From positions 2,749 through 66,748 of IMG/VR virus record IMGVR_UViG_3300035698_011651: 64,000 nucleotides of DNA; one strand, 5' to 3'. Both the position numbers and the translations under genes were made by a program. Shown piece after piece: positions 30,712-39,860 of the stretch. The notes beneath the pieces are model-generated. The model did no database searches. It worked only from the letters and a program-made list of their open reading frames with translations, and had not been told where the DNA came from. How positions within the stretch are numbered: position 1 is the first letter of the stretch; each line of letters starts with the position of its first letter. Source of the stretch: a virus.

Positions 30712-31644
30712 ATGGCGAATGAGCTAATTAAACAGAGGAAATACAGGTGGGTACCGCCAACCTGGACGTCGCAGACGGCTGTAGCTACGTTCTATGAGTT
30801 GGATGTTAAGCGGTGTGTTGATCAGCTCAGGTTAAACTGGGATAACCTTAAGATATCCGAAGTGTCACAGATGATTGCTACTACCGGTGGTAAGCCCAGT
30901 AAAGTATTAGCTGATTTTGCCACGGCAAGGGAGCAACGATACGTATTTGGTTTGTCAGTGTGTGGCCAAGTCGATAAGCTGCTATCAGGTTGCTGGACTC
31001 CGCAGGACCATTCCAGATGTATTGATGCTCTGGCGTTGGTGTCTGAAAGGGATGAGGGCAGGACTTTCTGTGGTAAGACATTACACACGTATTGGGTGTT
31101 TGCCACGATGGACTATCAGCACAGGGAGAGTACGGTCATACATCATATACCGTTATCCAAGTGTGATCCTTTGATCAGGGCGCAATATCAGCTGTATGTC
31201 AGGAATTGGTATAAAATAAATTATTCCAGTTCTGAGAAGGAGATTGCCTGGGAGGATCTGAACCGAGGCTTGGGGTGGCATGAAGATAAAATGGTTGATA
31301 ACGCCAGTAGCTTTGAAGCTGAGATGTCTAAGCCCTCCACTCCTGACAAACTGAAGGTATGTTCAGGTAGTTATGCTTTCCCGATGAAGCCTTTGGATGA
31401 GGAGTCCAAGGAAGCTATTGATAACCCACGGCCTTCGTTGATACCTAGTTCTTATAACGTCATGATTGACGGTGTGAGGTCTAAGCTGTACGCGGTTAAG
31501 AAGGCTACAAGCGGGCAATTACCAGTATCTGAGATTGGAGATTTGCTGGAGCAGTGTGAAAGTATTATCAATGAAACAGTGATTATACAGGATCAGCTGA
31601 ATGGGATGCTGTCCGTAAAAGATTGTATTAATATAGGGAGGTAA
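30712..31644 (+). CDS. axis-proximal 310-aa protein, possibly a degenerate telomere resolvase fold
   Basis: Start moved to MANEL after promoter and RBS. The gene is well supported; the function is speculative (TGGKP, GQ, RAQY, LGWH motif layout). Confidence 0.7.
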   Translation: MANELIKQRKYRWVPPTWTSQTAVATFYELDVKRCVDQLRLNWDNLKISEVSQMIATTGGKPSKVLADFATAREQRYVFGLSVCGQVDKLLSGCWTPQDHSRCIDALALVSERDEGRTFCGKTLHTYWVFATMDYQHRESTVIHHIPLSKCDPLIRAQYQLYVRNWYKINYSSSEKEIAWEDLNRGLGWHEDKMVDNASSFEAEMSKPSTPDKLKVCSGSYAFPMKPLDEESKEAIDNPRPSLIPSSYNVMIDGVRSKLYAVKKATSGQLPVSEIGDLLEQCESIINETVIIQDQLNGMLSVKDCINIGR

Positions 31645-32481
31645 ATGATGGAAAAAGAAAATGATAATCTGGTACGTCAAGCGGCTGCAGCCACGACGAC
31701 GGCCGGAGGAAGTAAGCTTCTTGTTCCTAAGAATATGGATGAGAAGGAGTACAAAGCCTGTGTAGAAGGCGCGCGATTAGTAATGCGTGAGTATATGGCT
31801 ATCTCTGATAAAGCCAACAAGGAGGCATTACCTAAGTTGTATGACGTAGGTTTATATGCTAAGAGGCTGTTTGCGGATCAGAATGATGAACGTAATATAA
31901 AGCGTTTTGCTGGGGACTGCAATACTAATGTCACCTATATCTATAACACTTTACTCATTGTTCGGGCCTGGACCAAAGGCGAGTTCGGAAAGCTAATTAA
32001 TCGAGGTCTAACGCTGTCTCATATTGTTAGGCTTGTGGCTGTGCGTAGTAACGAGGACCGCAAAGACATGGCCAACAGGGTGGTGTCAGAGAAGCTTACT
32101 GTGGCTGGATTAATTACTGCTATTGAAGAGGAATCCACGCAGAAGCCAGGGTTCCTTACCAAGAGGGCCAAGAGTACGCGCAGTGCAAAGCGTAAAGCTA
32201 GGGATAAGCAAGCAGAGGACCCAGCTAAGGGCTTGCAGTTGTTTATGGCCAAGACAAAGGATTACTCTGAGTCTATCGGCATGGCTACTATCGGCATAAA
32301 GCTTCTTCAAAAGTGTGATAATGAAGGCATTGTTTTGCATAAGAGTGCGGTAAAAGAAGCGCTTGAGTTGGCAGCAGAGAATGCTAAGGTTATCGATGTA
32401 CTGCTAAAAGAGTTGAAGGCAGCCGAGGGGAAAATTGATAAGGCAGAGAAGGCTCTCAAAGGCAAGAAGAGTAAAGGATAG
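31645..32481 (+). CDS. helical DNA-binding-like protein (DUF1016-N/ParB-C-like segment)
   Basis: GGAGG RBS; LTLSH..L..V....R...KLTVAGL resembles the LSWSH...R...WSVREL motif; basic linker and coiled coil. Confidence 0.6.
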   Translation: MMEKENDNLVRQAAAATTTAGGSKLLVPKNMDEKEYKACVEGARLVMREYMAISDKANKEALPKLYDVGLYAKRLFADQNDERNIKRFAGDCNTNVTYIYNTLLIVRAWTKGEFGKLINRGLTLSHIVRLVAVRSNEDRKDMANRVVSEKLTVAGLITAIEEESTQKPGFLTKRAKSTRSAKRKARDKQAEDPAKGLQLFMAKTKDYSESIGMATIGIKLLQKCDNEGIVLHKSAVKEALELAAENAKVIDVLLKELKAAEGKIDKAEKALKGKKSKG

Positions 32482-32484
32482 CTC

Positions 32485-32973
32485 TTGAGCATAGTCGAGG
32501 CCATATCACCGTTGTTCCTGTGCGTACTGCTTTTGATTATCATGCATTTAATGCTTGAGAATGATAAAGCAGTACGCCATGTGGAGATTTTAAGGCTAAT
32601 GCTTGAAGGTTTACGTGATAAACACCTATGTATTGAGTTACTCCCAGCTCACCGTACCAGAGCTGAGCGGATGCTTGGCTGTGGGCGTAGGGCTTGTTTT
32701 CTTGCGGGCAGTGACGGCAGGATGTTGTCAGTTATAACATCCATAGGGAAGCCGTTAAGGCTTATGCTATGTGAGGTGAGTTTATGTGCGGTATATAGCG
32801 TAGAGGGATCAAAGCTTCCACATAGATTTAGTGATAACGGCCATTTATTAGTAGAATGTGCAGGGGAGTTACTGGATTATGGCCCATGGAAAGTCTATGA
32901 TGCTGATTACGATTTTGGTAAATGTCATAAAAAGACGTGTGACGACGACTATGTAGAGGAGATGATTCTGTGA
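32485..32973 (+). CDS. membrane-anchored hypothetical protein
   Basis: N-terminal hydrophobic helix; tightly packed with neighbours. Confidence 0.65.
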   Translation: MSIVEAISPLFLCVLLLIIMHLMLENDKAVRHVEILRLMLEGLRDKHLCIELLPAHRTRAERMLGCGRRACFLAGSDGRMLSVITSIGKPLRLMLCEVSLCAVYSVEGSKLPHRFSDNGHLLVECAGELLDYGPWKVYDADYDFGKCHKKTCDDDYVEEMIL

Positions 32974-33116
32974 TTATTGACAACGAGTGTTGTCGTGAAG
33001 AAGACAACCAGCAAGAATTACACAAGGCCACGGAGGGGAATAAGATGTATACCTGGCTGCGTTGTTCCGAGTGTGGAAATATTTCATTAGAGAGTGAACG
33101 AATAGACACTGACTAG
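32970..33116 (+). CDS. 48-aa Zn-ribbon-like protein (not in ORF track)
   Basis: GTGA overlap with upstream stop; VIIDNECC...LRCSECGN; fills the intergenic gap. Confidence 0.5.
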   Translation: MIIDNECCREEDNQQELHKATEGNKMYTWLRCSECGNISLESERIDTD

Positions 33117-33142
33117 TGATATAGGCAGCATTGGAGGAGCCA

Positions 33143-33706
33143 ATGTCGTTCTATTTTAAGATGCAGCCGTTTACTATCGATGAGCTTCTCGGTAGAGTGC
33201 CACAAACCATGGACTATCTTGCAGGCAGTGTCGGCGAGATGGACAATGGTGCCCCATTCCCAGACCATTATGACTTTTCTACTCCGTGCGCGGCCGAGCT
33301 TGCGGGTAGGCAGTGTTTGTATGCTGCGCTCACCTTTGGTATAGCGAAGCAGTCTGCGGGGGTGAATTTGCAAGTTTGTAGGGGAACGGAGACTATCAGC
33401 ACCATTATAGTCCATAAGGGCAGTCTTATATGTCCTCGGTGCTTTGCCATAGAGCCAACAGACGGCAAAGTGTTTATTGTCAGTAAAGAAGGTTTCTCCA
33501 CTGAGATGGGAGAGGCTATCTGGATGGTAGATAGGTCTACTGGCAAGTTAATGCGTAGTTGGGTGAAAGCAGTATCTGAAGTATTTTGTAAGAAATGTGG
33601 AACTACATCGCCCGTGGGGGCGGTATCCACCGGAATCGACGAGGTTCTCAACCGTGAGCTTGGAATACGGTGTGTAAGTCTCAGAGGAGAAATGATCAAT
33701 GAGTAA
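33143..33706 (+). CDS. Zn-binding hypothetical protein
   Basis: GGAGG RBS before ATG 33143; CPRC and CKKC. Confidence 0.7.
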   Translation: MSFYFKMQPFTIDELLGRVPQTMDYLAGSVGEMDNGAPFPDHYDFSTPCAAELAGRQCLYAALTFGIAKQSAGVNLQVCRGTETISTIIVHKGSLICPRCFAIEPTDGKVFIVSKEGFSTEMGEAIWMVDRSTGKLMRSWVKAVSEVFCKKCGTTSPVGAVSTGIDEVLNRELGIRCVSLRGEMINE

Positions 33707-34475
33707 TAAAGAAGCAGTAAGTGCGAAGGCCAAAGATAAGCTAGCTGACAGTGTTGTTGAAGGTATTATTGAGGAACGAGGTCTTGTTAAGGCTAACGCC
33801 TCTATAGTTACTGCAGAGCTTGCAGTGGAACAGAGTGAACGGCTGGGCGAACATGGTATTAACGTTCTGGTTTCTGCTCTTGAGGGCCAGCTTGAGGAGT
33901 CTCTCGGAGAATATGATAGGGCACTGGAATCCTGTGACGAGGCTGCGGCTAAGGTAAAGAAGACTGTGGAATCCACTATCGCTTCTTTCCAGAAGAAGGT
34001 TGTCAACAAGAAAGCCGTCGCTGCAGTTAAGGACGCCAAGCGTATTGCAGCTCAGCTGTACAGAATTAAGGGAGTGGATACTATCAAGCTAAAAAGTATG
34101 GAGATTCCGCAGTTTAAGCCTTCCGATGTTACGTTCGATGACGTATTTAGGTTTAAGATAGCATTTGGTGAAAATGGTTATCATTCACGGACTGAAATCG
34201 TCTGTACAGTTAATCCTAGCGATGCCATCCGTAAAGCGCAGCAGGCTGTAATCGCTGTAGCTAAGGAGCGTACCGATTTGGAGAAGGGCATACGGGAATT
34301 GCGTCGCCGTAAACAAAATCTTGGTGCGTATGAGCGCAGGTTGCGTGGAAGCCTTTCTGCCAAGATAATGTCCCAGAGTGAATGCAGTCAGGGTCTTATG
34401 GAGTCGCTGCAGGAGGTGCAGTATCGTCCACTGCCTAAGCCGAATAAGAAGTATCTTCCAGCGCCTAAGAAGTAG
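33699..34475 (+). CDS. coiled-coil protein
   Basis: Ala/Glu/Lys heptad-like helices; RBS; followed by a terminator. Confidence 0.75.
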   Translation: MSNKEAVSAKAKDKLADSVVEGIIEERGLVKANASIVTAELAVEQSERLGEHGINVLVSALEGQLEESLGEYDRALESCDEAAAKVKKTVESTIASFQKKVVNKKAVAAVKDAKRIAAQLYRIKGVDTIKLKSMEIPQFKPSDVTFDDVFRFKIAFGENGYHSRTEIVCTVNPSDAIRKAQQAVIAVAKERTDLEKGIRELRRRKQNLGAYERRLRGSLSAKIMSQSECSQGLMESLQEVQYRPLPKPNKKYLPAPKK

Positions 34476-34496
34476 TGTTGGAGTAAATGGAATAAT

Positions 34497-34523
34497 TAGG
34501 CGCCCTTCGGGGCGCCTATTTTT
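34497..34523 (+). terminator. intrinsic terminator
   Basis: TAGGCGCCC-TTCG-GGGCGCCTA-TTTTT. Confidence 0.8.
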
Positions 34524-34534
34524 ATGGAGGATTG

Positions 34535-35647
34535 ATGGACAATTTTTGTAAAGGCGCTGTGCGTATAGATATACAGGAAGAACCCGATAAGTGGGATAAA
34601 TGGGTTAGGACTACATACCGTGAAGCATGGAAGATGACTAACAGTATGGAAGAGATCTCTAATATTGATAATGAGGTGATGATAGGGGATACACATGAGG
34701 ATATTTTAGGCGAGCTGGAAGCTAGGTACTCAGCCCCTGACTACTGTACTTACATACCGCATGGTTACACGCGCCACGAGGGGCGTAAGTATAATAGCAG
34801 GATAAACTGTATTTTAGTGTCGAAGCTTCCTACATTTGTCGGCGGTGGTACTGAGCCGGAAGCGGAGTATGATGCGCTGTTAAATACCGTACGCCAGCTT
34901 GGTAAGGTAAATATCACTAGGGATATGTATAAACATTTATCTGGTGTGAACGGGTGGATAGCTGATTGGGAGTGTTCGGCTTCTGTTGCTAAGGATATTA
35001 CGTTTAGGCCCCCGAGGGCTTTAAAGGATATGGGGCTAGTGTTAGTGAATGCCAGGCTTGCAAAGTCTTTAAATACTAAAGTTAGTAATTTGTTAGAGAA
35101 GAAACGCATTAAGCTGGAGGCGCAGAAGGAGTCTGACCGTAAACGGTTGAGGTGGGAGGCTGTTGTAACAGCGTCGAAAGCTGCTTCGGCTAATAGAATC
35201 GATAAGATTGCAGCGATACTGCAGTACGTCCGTCTGACTATATCAGAGATTATTCCAACGTTTATATTGCGAGCTCATTGGCGTGATTCTACTATTAGTT
35301 ATCATATGGATGAGGGTCAGTATGTTTCAACTTTGCAGGATACTTTGAAAATACTTAGGGAGATTGGCGGCGGGCGCAGTAAAATACGTAATAATTATTG
35401 GTCACGTAAAGTGTGTTATGGCGGGGGCAAGGCCATGGCTACGGTACGCAAGTCCATATGTACATTGGCTATGGATAGGAAGTTGTATCTTAAGGCTGGA
35501 AGTAACGGCGTGCCGTTTGTTATAAGTTATAATACAGACAAAGATGACTCTAAAGTAAGTTTACAGGATATTGAAGCGTTTAAGTGGTTTGGTAAATGGC
35601 TTGAAGGTGAGCATGCTTTCATAAAGAAAGGTGGTAAGAAGCGATGA
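34535..35647 (+). CDS. hypothetical protein
   Basis: GGAGG RBS; 370-aa ORF; no recognised motif. Confidence 0.75.
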   Translation: MDNFCKGAVRIDIQEEPDKWDKWVRTTYREAWKMTNSMEEISNIDNEVMIGDTHEDILGELEARYSAPDYCTYIPHGYTRHEGRKYNSRINCILVSKLPTFVGGGTEPEAEYDALLNTVRQLGKVNITRDMYKHLSGVNGWIADWECSASVAKDITFRPPRALKDMGLVLVNARLAKSLNTKVSNLLEKKRIKLEAQKESDRKRLRWEAVVTASKAASANRIDKIAAILQYVRLTISEIIPTFILRAHWRDSTISYHMDEGQYVSTLQDTLKILREIGGGRSKIRNNYWSRKVCYGGGKAMATVRKSICTLAMDRKLYLKAGSNGVPFVISYNTDKDDSKVSLQDIEAFKWFGKWLEGEHAFIKKGGKKR

Positions 35648-36405
35648 TAAATGTATGTGGTGGTAATTTAACAATCGAGGATCTTGAGGGCATAGAGATT
35701 ACTGGGCCGAAGAGTGCTGGTCCAAGATGGAAGGGTGTAGATCATCATACTTTGGCACGGTCTGTGGAGGGTGCTTTGGGTAGCAGGGATATACAGGTGG
35801 CTAGGTCGGTATGGTCTTTAAGTAATGATAGACAGGACCTGTTTGGCGGCTTTGACGTCACTCTTCCTGACCGCTATGGTATTCCGGAGCCAGAGGGTAT
35901 GAAGTATGCTTTGGGGATACGCAGCTCTAATGCGCAGCGTTACGCCATTAAGATGGCTGTGGGCGGTACTGTTATGGTGTGTTCCAACGGTGTAATAACC
36001 GGGGAGTTTGTGCTTAGTAAGAAGCATACACTCAACCTGGATGTTAATAGTGCTGTTAATAACGGGGTTGAGCGATGGCTCGGCGATATCCGTAACGTGT
36101 CTGGTACTGTGGACGCTATGAAGGGTATGTTTCTTTCTAGCAGACGTAAGGATCATCTTCTTATGGAAGCAGCCAGGCGCGGTATGATGGCGTGGGGACA
36201 CGTAGGTTTGGTTGACAAAGAATATAGTCAACCTTCATTTAAGGAGTTTGAAGGGCAGAATGCGTGGAGCTTGTATAATGCGTATACTCAAGTTATGTCT
36301 GCTCCTATAGGTGCAGAAGGTAGTGAGCGCCCCAGGCTTAGCCCCAACCGTCAAATGGATGGCATGAATGGCATGCGTTCATTGTTGCTGCAAGAAGCAG
36401 CATAA
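35644..36405 (+). CDS. DUF932-family protein
   Basis: GIRSSN...AVGGTVMVCSNG...KKHT and AWSLYNAYT match the DUF932 pattern. Confidence 0.75.
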   Translation: MINVCGGNLTIEDLEGIEITGPKSAGPRWKGVDHHTLARSVEGALGSRDIQVARSVWSLSNDRQDLFGGFDVTLPDRYGIPEPEGMKYALGIRSSNAQRYAIKMAVGGTVMVCSNGVITGEFVLSKKHTLNLDVNSAVNNGVERWLGDIRNVSGTVDAMKGMFLSSRRKDHLLMEAARRGMMAWGHVGLVDKEYSQPSFKEFEGQNAWSLYNAYTQVMSAPIGAEGSERPRLSPNRQMDGMNGMRSLLLQEAA

Positions 36406-36413
36406 TTTTGTTG

Positions 36414-36442
36414 TTGATTTGTAGAGAGACTCCTCTTACAAT
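36414..36442 (+). promoter_or_regulatory. sigma70-like promoter (mirror 24811..24839)
   Basis: TTGATT-17bp-TACAAT, then AGGAGG RBS. Confidence 0.65.
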
Positions 36443-36462
36443 TTTTATTGTAGGAGGAGCTC

Positions 36463-36972
36463 ATGTCTAATAGTATGTCACTACGTTATGGTATATTGTT
36501 TTGTGTGTTTGTGTTTGGCTGCAGCTTTGGGTTGATTTTTGGCAAGCGTATACACAAGTTCATTAGCGGACCTATCGTTGAGATGGCTGATCATGGCGGG
36601 ACAGCTGATCTAGCTGCCGCTGCTGGACCGCCTACAGACCTTAAAAAGTATTCCGGGGAGTTCTATAATATAACCATACCTGTGTTTAAGGAGTCACGTT
36701 TAACATCGGTGCTTGTGGCTGAGAAGGCGTACCGTAAAGGTATCGGTCCGTTATGTTTTGAGAAGCCTATCCTTACTAGGTTATCAGAGGATGGCAAGAC
36801 TATTATCAACAAGGCCAGTTCTGATTGGGGATGGATAGAGCTGTCTACAGCAAGCGATGAAATGGACATTAGCAGCCTGGAGTTTAGGGGGCACGTCAAA
36901 GTATGTCAGTATCATGATCCAGCGGAGACTAAACGTGCACATAGGGATAGTACCAAGCATACGGGGCGCTGA
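36463..36972 (+). CDS. LptC-like single-TM beta-jellyroll protein
   Basis: N-terminal TM helix, then LVAEKA..FEKPIL..ASSDWG..LEFRGHVKV as in the LptC/OstA jellyroll pattern. Confidence 0.5.
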   Translation: MSNSMSLRYGILFCVFVFGCSFGLIFGKRIHKFISGPIVEMADHGGTADLAAAAGPPTDLKKYSGEFYNITIPVFKESRLTSVLVAEKAYRKGIGPLCFEKPILTRLSEDGKTIINKASSDWGWIELSTASDEMDISSLEFRGHVKVCQYHDPAETKRAHRDSTKHTGR

Positions 36973-37870
36973 ATACTCTTACAGCGCCGGCTCTAGGGCG
37001 TATGCGTTAATCAGGAATATATCGTTCTGCTCGTTGTACAAAGAGGGTGTACAATATGATGCCGTATTGCTTCAGAAAGTTTTTGACTGCCGGCTAATTC
37101 GTAGGATAAAGGCTGCTGGAGCTAAGTGCATAGTAGATACTTGCAACTTTAAAGAGCGCACACCCGGGGAGACCAAGGCGCTTTTGGACACAGACGTAGT
37201 AACAGTACCAACTGAGACTATGCGTAACTATATACGCAGTAAGCATTTAGTGAAGCCAATACACACAGCTCCAGATGTACATGAGTATTCAATGGACTGG
37301 CCGCTGGCAGCCCCAGCGGCCAGGACTGTTGTAGTGCCCGGGACTTATTATAATGTGTTACGTGTTAAGGGGTTACATAGTGTCCTTGAGGGGGCAGATA
37401 AGGTTGTAATAGTTACTAACCCTGAAAAGAAGTACCAGGATTTGGCAGAACGCGAGCTTAGACCTATTTTTAGAGATCAGCTAGAAATAAGATCGTGGAC
37501 TTGGGATACGTTAGCGAGTAGTCTTATGGATGCAGCTGTGGCGCTTGTATTGTATCGAACAAGTGAAGAGGCTCGATATAAGAGTTGTAATAGAACATCC
37601 TTGGCGCTGCATATGGGAATACCAGTAGTAACAGAGGACAACCCGGAGGTACGTGAACTTTCAGTTGGTACAGGTGGGGTATTCTTTTATGATGCTGCCT
37701 GTGGAAATGAATCAATACGTGGCGCGATTGATAAGGCGTTCGTGTGTTCAGGTAGGTGGGCTACAGGAACTCATAAAGAATGTGTTCGTACATATGTAAA
37801 AGAATGCAAATATGGAATGACGGCGGCTGCGGAGACGTGGACCGGTATCTTTCAGAGGTACTTCAATTAG
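36935..37870 (+). CDS. GT-B (GT4-like) glycosyltransferase
   Basis: Probable GTG start; LLQK, DVVTVPTE and KSCNR..ALHMGIPVV motifs. Confidence 0.65.
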   Translation: MHIGIVPSIRGAEYSYSAGSRAYALIRNISFCSLYKEGVQYDAVLLQKVFDCRLIRRIKAAGAKCIVDTCNFKERTPGETKALLDTDVVTVPTETMRNYIRSKHLVKPIHTAPDVHEYSMDWPLAAPAARTVVVPGTYYNVLRVKGLHSVLEGADKVVIVTNPEKKYQDLAERELRPIFRDQLEIRSWTWDTLASSLMDAAVALVLYRTSEEARYKSCNRTSLALHMGIPVVTEDNPEVRELSVGTGGVFFYDAACGNESIRGAIDKAFVCSGRWATGTHKECVRTYVKECKYGMTAAAETWTGIFQRYFN

Positions 37871-37881
37871 CAGGAGATTGT

Positions 37882-38925
37882 ATGGATATCTTTGTAGTCG
37901 ACAAACTATTGTGGCACGGTGATAAGGTGCGCGCATGGCAGCAGGGAGAGAACGCATACCCTGTAACCGTGGAGGTAGACCTTACCGGGGCTTGCAATAG
38001 TCACTGCCCGAGATGTGCCGGCGGAGAGCGGCGCGGCAAGTTGGATTCAGAGACAGTCAGAGGGGTTATTGACGATTTGGCAGAGAACGGCGCCCGCGCT
38101 GTAATATTCACTGGTGGCGGGGAGCCTACTTTACATGAAGATCTTCATACACTCATGGCTTATGTGCGCAGTAAGGATATGGATTGTTCTTTGATCACTA
38201 ATGGAGTATTTATGTCTGACGACCAGGTTCACGCCGTTGCTAGATACTGCACTTGGGTGCGTGTGAGCTTAGATGCCGGGGGCCCTTCCGGCTATAAACA
38301 CAGTCACGGAGGATCTGAAGAAGAATTTAATAGTGTTGTTGCTAATATTGGACGTCTTGTCGGGGCTAAGAAGTCTCAGGAGTCTAAATGCACTATTGGC
38401 GTTGGATTTCTTGTAGATAACGATGTGCTAGATGAGATGATTGAAGCTGCTAAGCTGTGTAACTCGTTGGAGGTAGATTATTTACAATATAGGCCTTACT
38501 ACATAGGAGGATGGTTTGATGGTCCGGAGTCTATAAACATTGAAAAATATAGTTATTTGTTTGAGACTGCCAGGAAGCTACAGACTGATAAATTTAACAC
38601 ACTTCATAGCGGGCCGAAGTTTGATAAAATAGCGTCTGGCGACATACGCAGGGGTTATACAGTATGTCACGGGCAGCAGTTCTGCGCGGTTATAACGGCA
38701 ACTGGTGATGTTGCTTTGTGCTGCGTTCTGCGTGGAAAAGATAAGTTTGTCTTGGGTAATATTAAAGATACTACTTTCAAAGACATATGGAACGGGGAAC
38801 GTAGGCGGTATGTAATATCTAATTTAGATGTTTCAAAGGACTGTCCACCGCTGTGCAGGTGTGATGGGATAAATGAGATGCTGAAGGTTATGCAAGGCCA
38901 GCCAACTCATATAAACTTTTTGTAG
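37882..38925 (+). CDS. radical SAM/SPASM-domain protein
   Basis: CxxxCxxC (CNSHCPRC), FTGGGEPTL, ITNG, VRVSLDA, C-terminal Cys cluster with LGNI..IW; AGGAG RBS. Confidence 0.92.
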   Translation: MDIFVVDKLLWHGDKVRAWQQGENAYPVTVEVDLTGACNSHCPRCAGGERRGKLDSETVRGVIDDLAENGARAVIFTGGGEPTLHEDLHTLMAYVRSKDMDCSLITNGVFMSDDQVHAVARYCTWVRVSLDAGGPSGYKHSHGGSEEEFNSVVANIGRLVGAKKSQESKCTIGVGFLVDNDVLDEMIEAAKLCNSLEVDYLQYRPYYIGGWFDGPESINIEKYSYLFETARKLQTDKFNTLHSGPKFDKIASGDIRRGYTVCHGQQFCAVITATGDVALCCVLRGKDKFVLGNIKDTTFKDIWNGERRRYVISNLDVSKDCPPLCRCDGINEMLKVMQGQPTHINFL

Positions 38926-38933
38926 GAGTATTA

Positions 38934-39215
38934 ATGCGGACTATGTTGTTATGTAGTATACTTGGGGTGTTTTGTCTATGTTCTAGTGGCTGCATTTTAT
39001 TGTTTAGCACGTTAATGGCTATAGATAATGCTAAGCGCCAGGATATTAGTGATAGCTCTAAGGAAGGTAATAATAATGAGTGCATCAAATCAGATACCAG
39101 AGGAGGCGTGCTACCTGTGCGGGGTGGAAGTACCGACGAACGGTACACAGCTCCCGATATGCGACAAGTGTCTGGAGACGGAGAAGTTGCTGAAAAGAGC
39201 ATTAAAACTGAATAA
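38934..39215 (+). CDS. putative lipoprotein or secreted peptide
   Basis: AGGAG RBS; signal-like N-terminus with LCSSG/C. Confidence 0.5.
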   Translation: MRTMLLCSILGVFCLCSSGCILLFSTLMAIDNAKRQDISDSSKEGNNNECIKSDTRGGVLPVRGGSTDERYTAPDMRQVSGDGEVAEKSIKTE

Positions 39216-39261
39216 GTGGAAAAATAAGATTATAGAGATGTTAAAGGGGCAATACACATGA
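39076..39261 (+). CDS. small Zn-finger protein
   Basis: CYLC...CDKC; RBS-like GGAAGG. Confidence 0.6.
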   Translation: MSASNQIPEEACYLCGVEVPTNGTQLPICDKCLETEKLLKRALKLNKWKNKIIEMLKGQYT

Positions 39262-39286
39262 GACCTTCTACTATGTAGGAGTCGAG

Positions 39287-39814
39287 ATGCGCACCGAGAA
39301 GGTAAGGCTAGGCTCTAGAGTTTCGGTAACATCACCTAATAAACGCGTAGTTATAGGTTTAGTAATGCATACTGGGCCTATCCGTAAGTACGGCAAAAGT
39401 ATGGCGTATTTAGTGGTACGCGGAGAGCATAGATGGCTGAAAACGATAAGTCGCAGGGCCAAGGTGCTTGCTGATCCATCGTTTATCGGGGGCCACACTG
39501 TGTGGGCAAGTTCAAAGGCTATGGCGGCGTCATCTAGGCACAAGGACGGTCAATCGTGCTTCTTAATGGATTCGTCTTTATGTAGCCGTGGCCAGCGTCC
39601 TATCTGTTTTAGGCAGTTACACGTCACACAGTATCATTATGATATATTGGCTGGTACAATAGCAGCCAGAGGGGATGAAACGTCCAGATCAAGGTTGAAG
39701 GCTTTGGACAGGATACTTATGATGCAGACCGTCCGCGCTAAATATGATGGTAATCGAGCAGAAATAGATGAGTGGTCAGATTCTTTAGAAGTTGACACAG
39801 CTACCGCGGTTTAA
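39287..39814 (+). CDS. hypothetical protein
   Basis: AGGAG RBS; basic 175-aa ORF. Confidence 0.7.
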   Translation: MRTEKVRLGSRVSVTSPNKRVVIGLVMHTGPIRKYGKSMAYLVVRGEHRWLKTISRRAKVLADPSFIGGHTVWASSKAMAASSRHKDGQSCFLMDSSLCSRGQRPICFRQLHVTQYHYDILAGTIAARGDETSRSRLKALDRILMMQTVRAKYDGNRAEIDEWSDSLEVDTATAV

Positions 39815-39860
39815 TATACTGTCAGTATCTAGGTATTATTTCTGTTTAGTAGGAGAGATT

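Noticed and set aside
32977-32994. TTGACA with GACAAC/GTTGTC inverted repeat as a promoter
   Set aside because: No -10 at 16-18 bp spacing, and it lies inside a small ORF.
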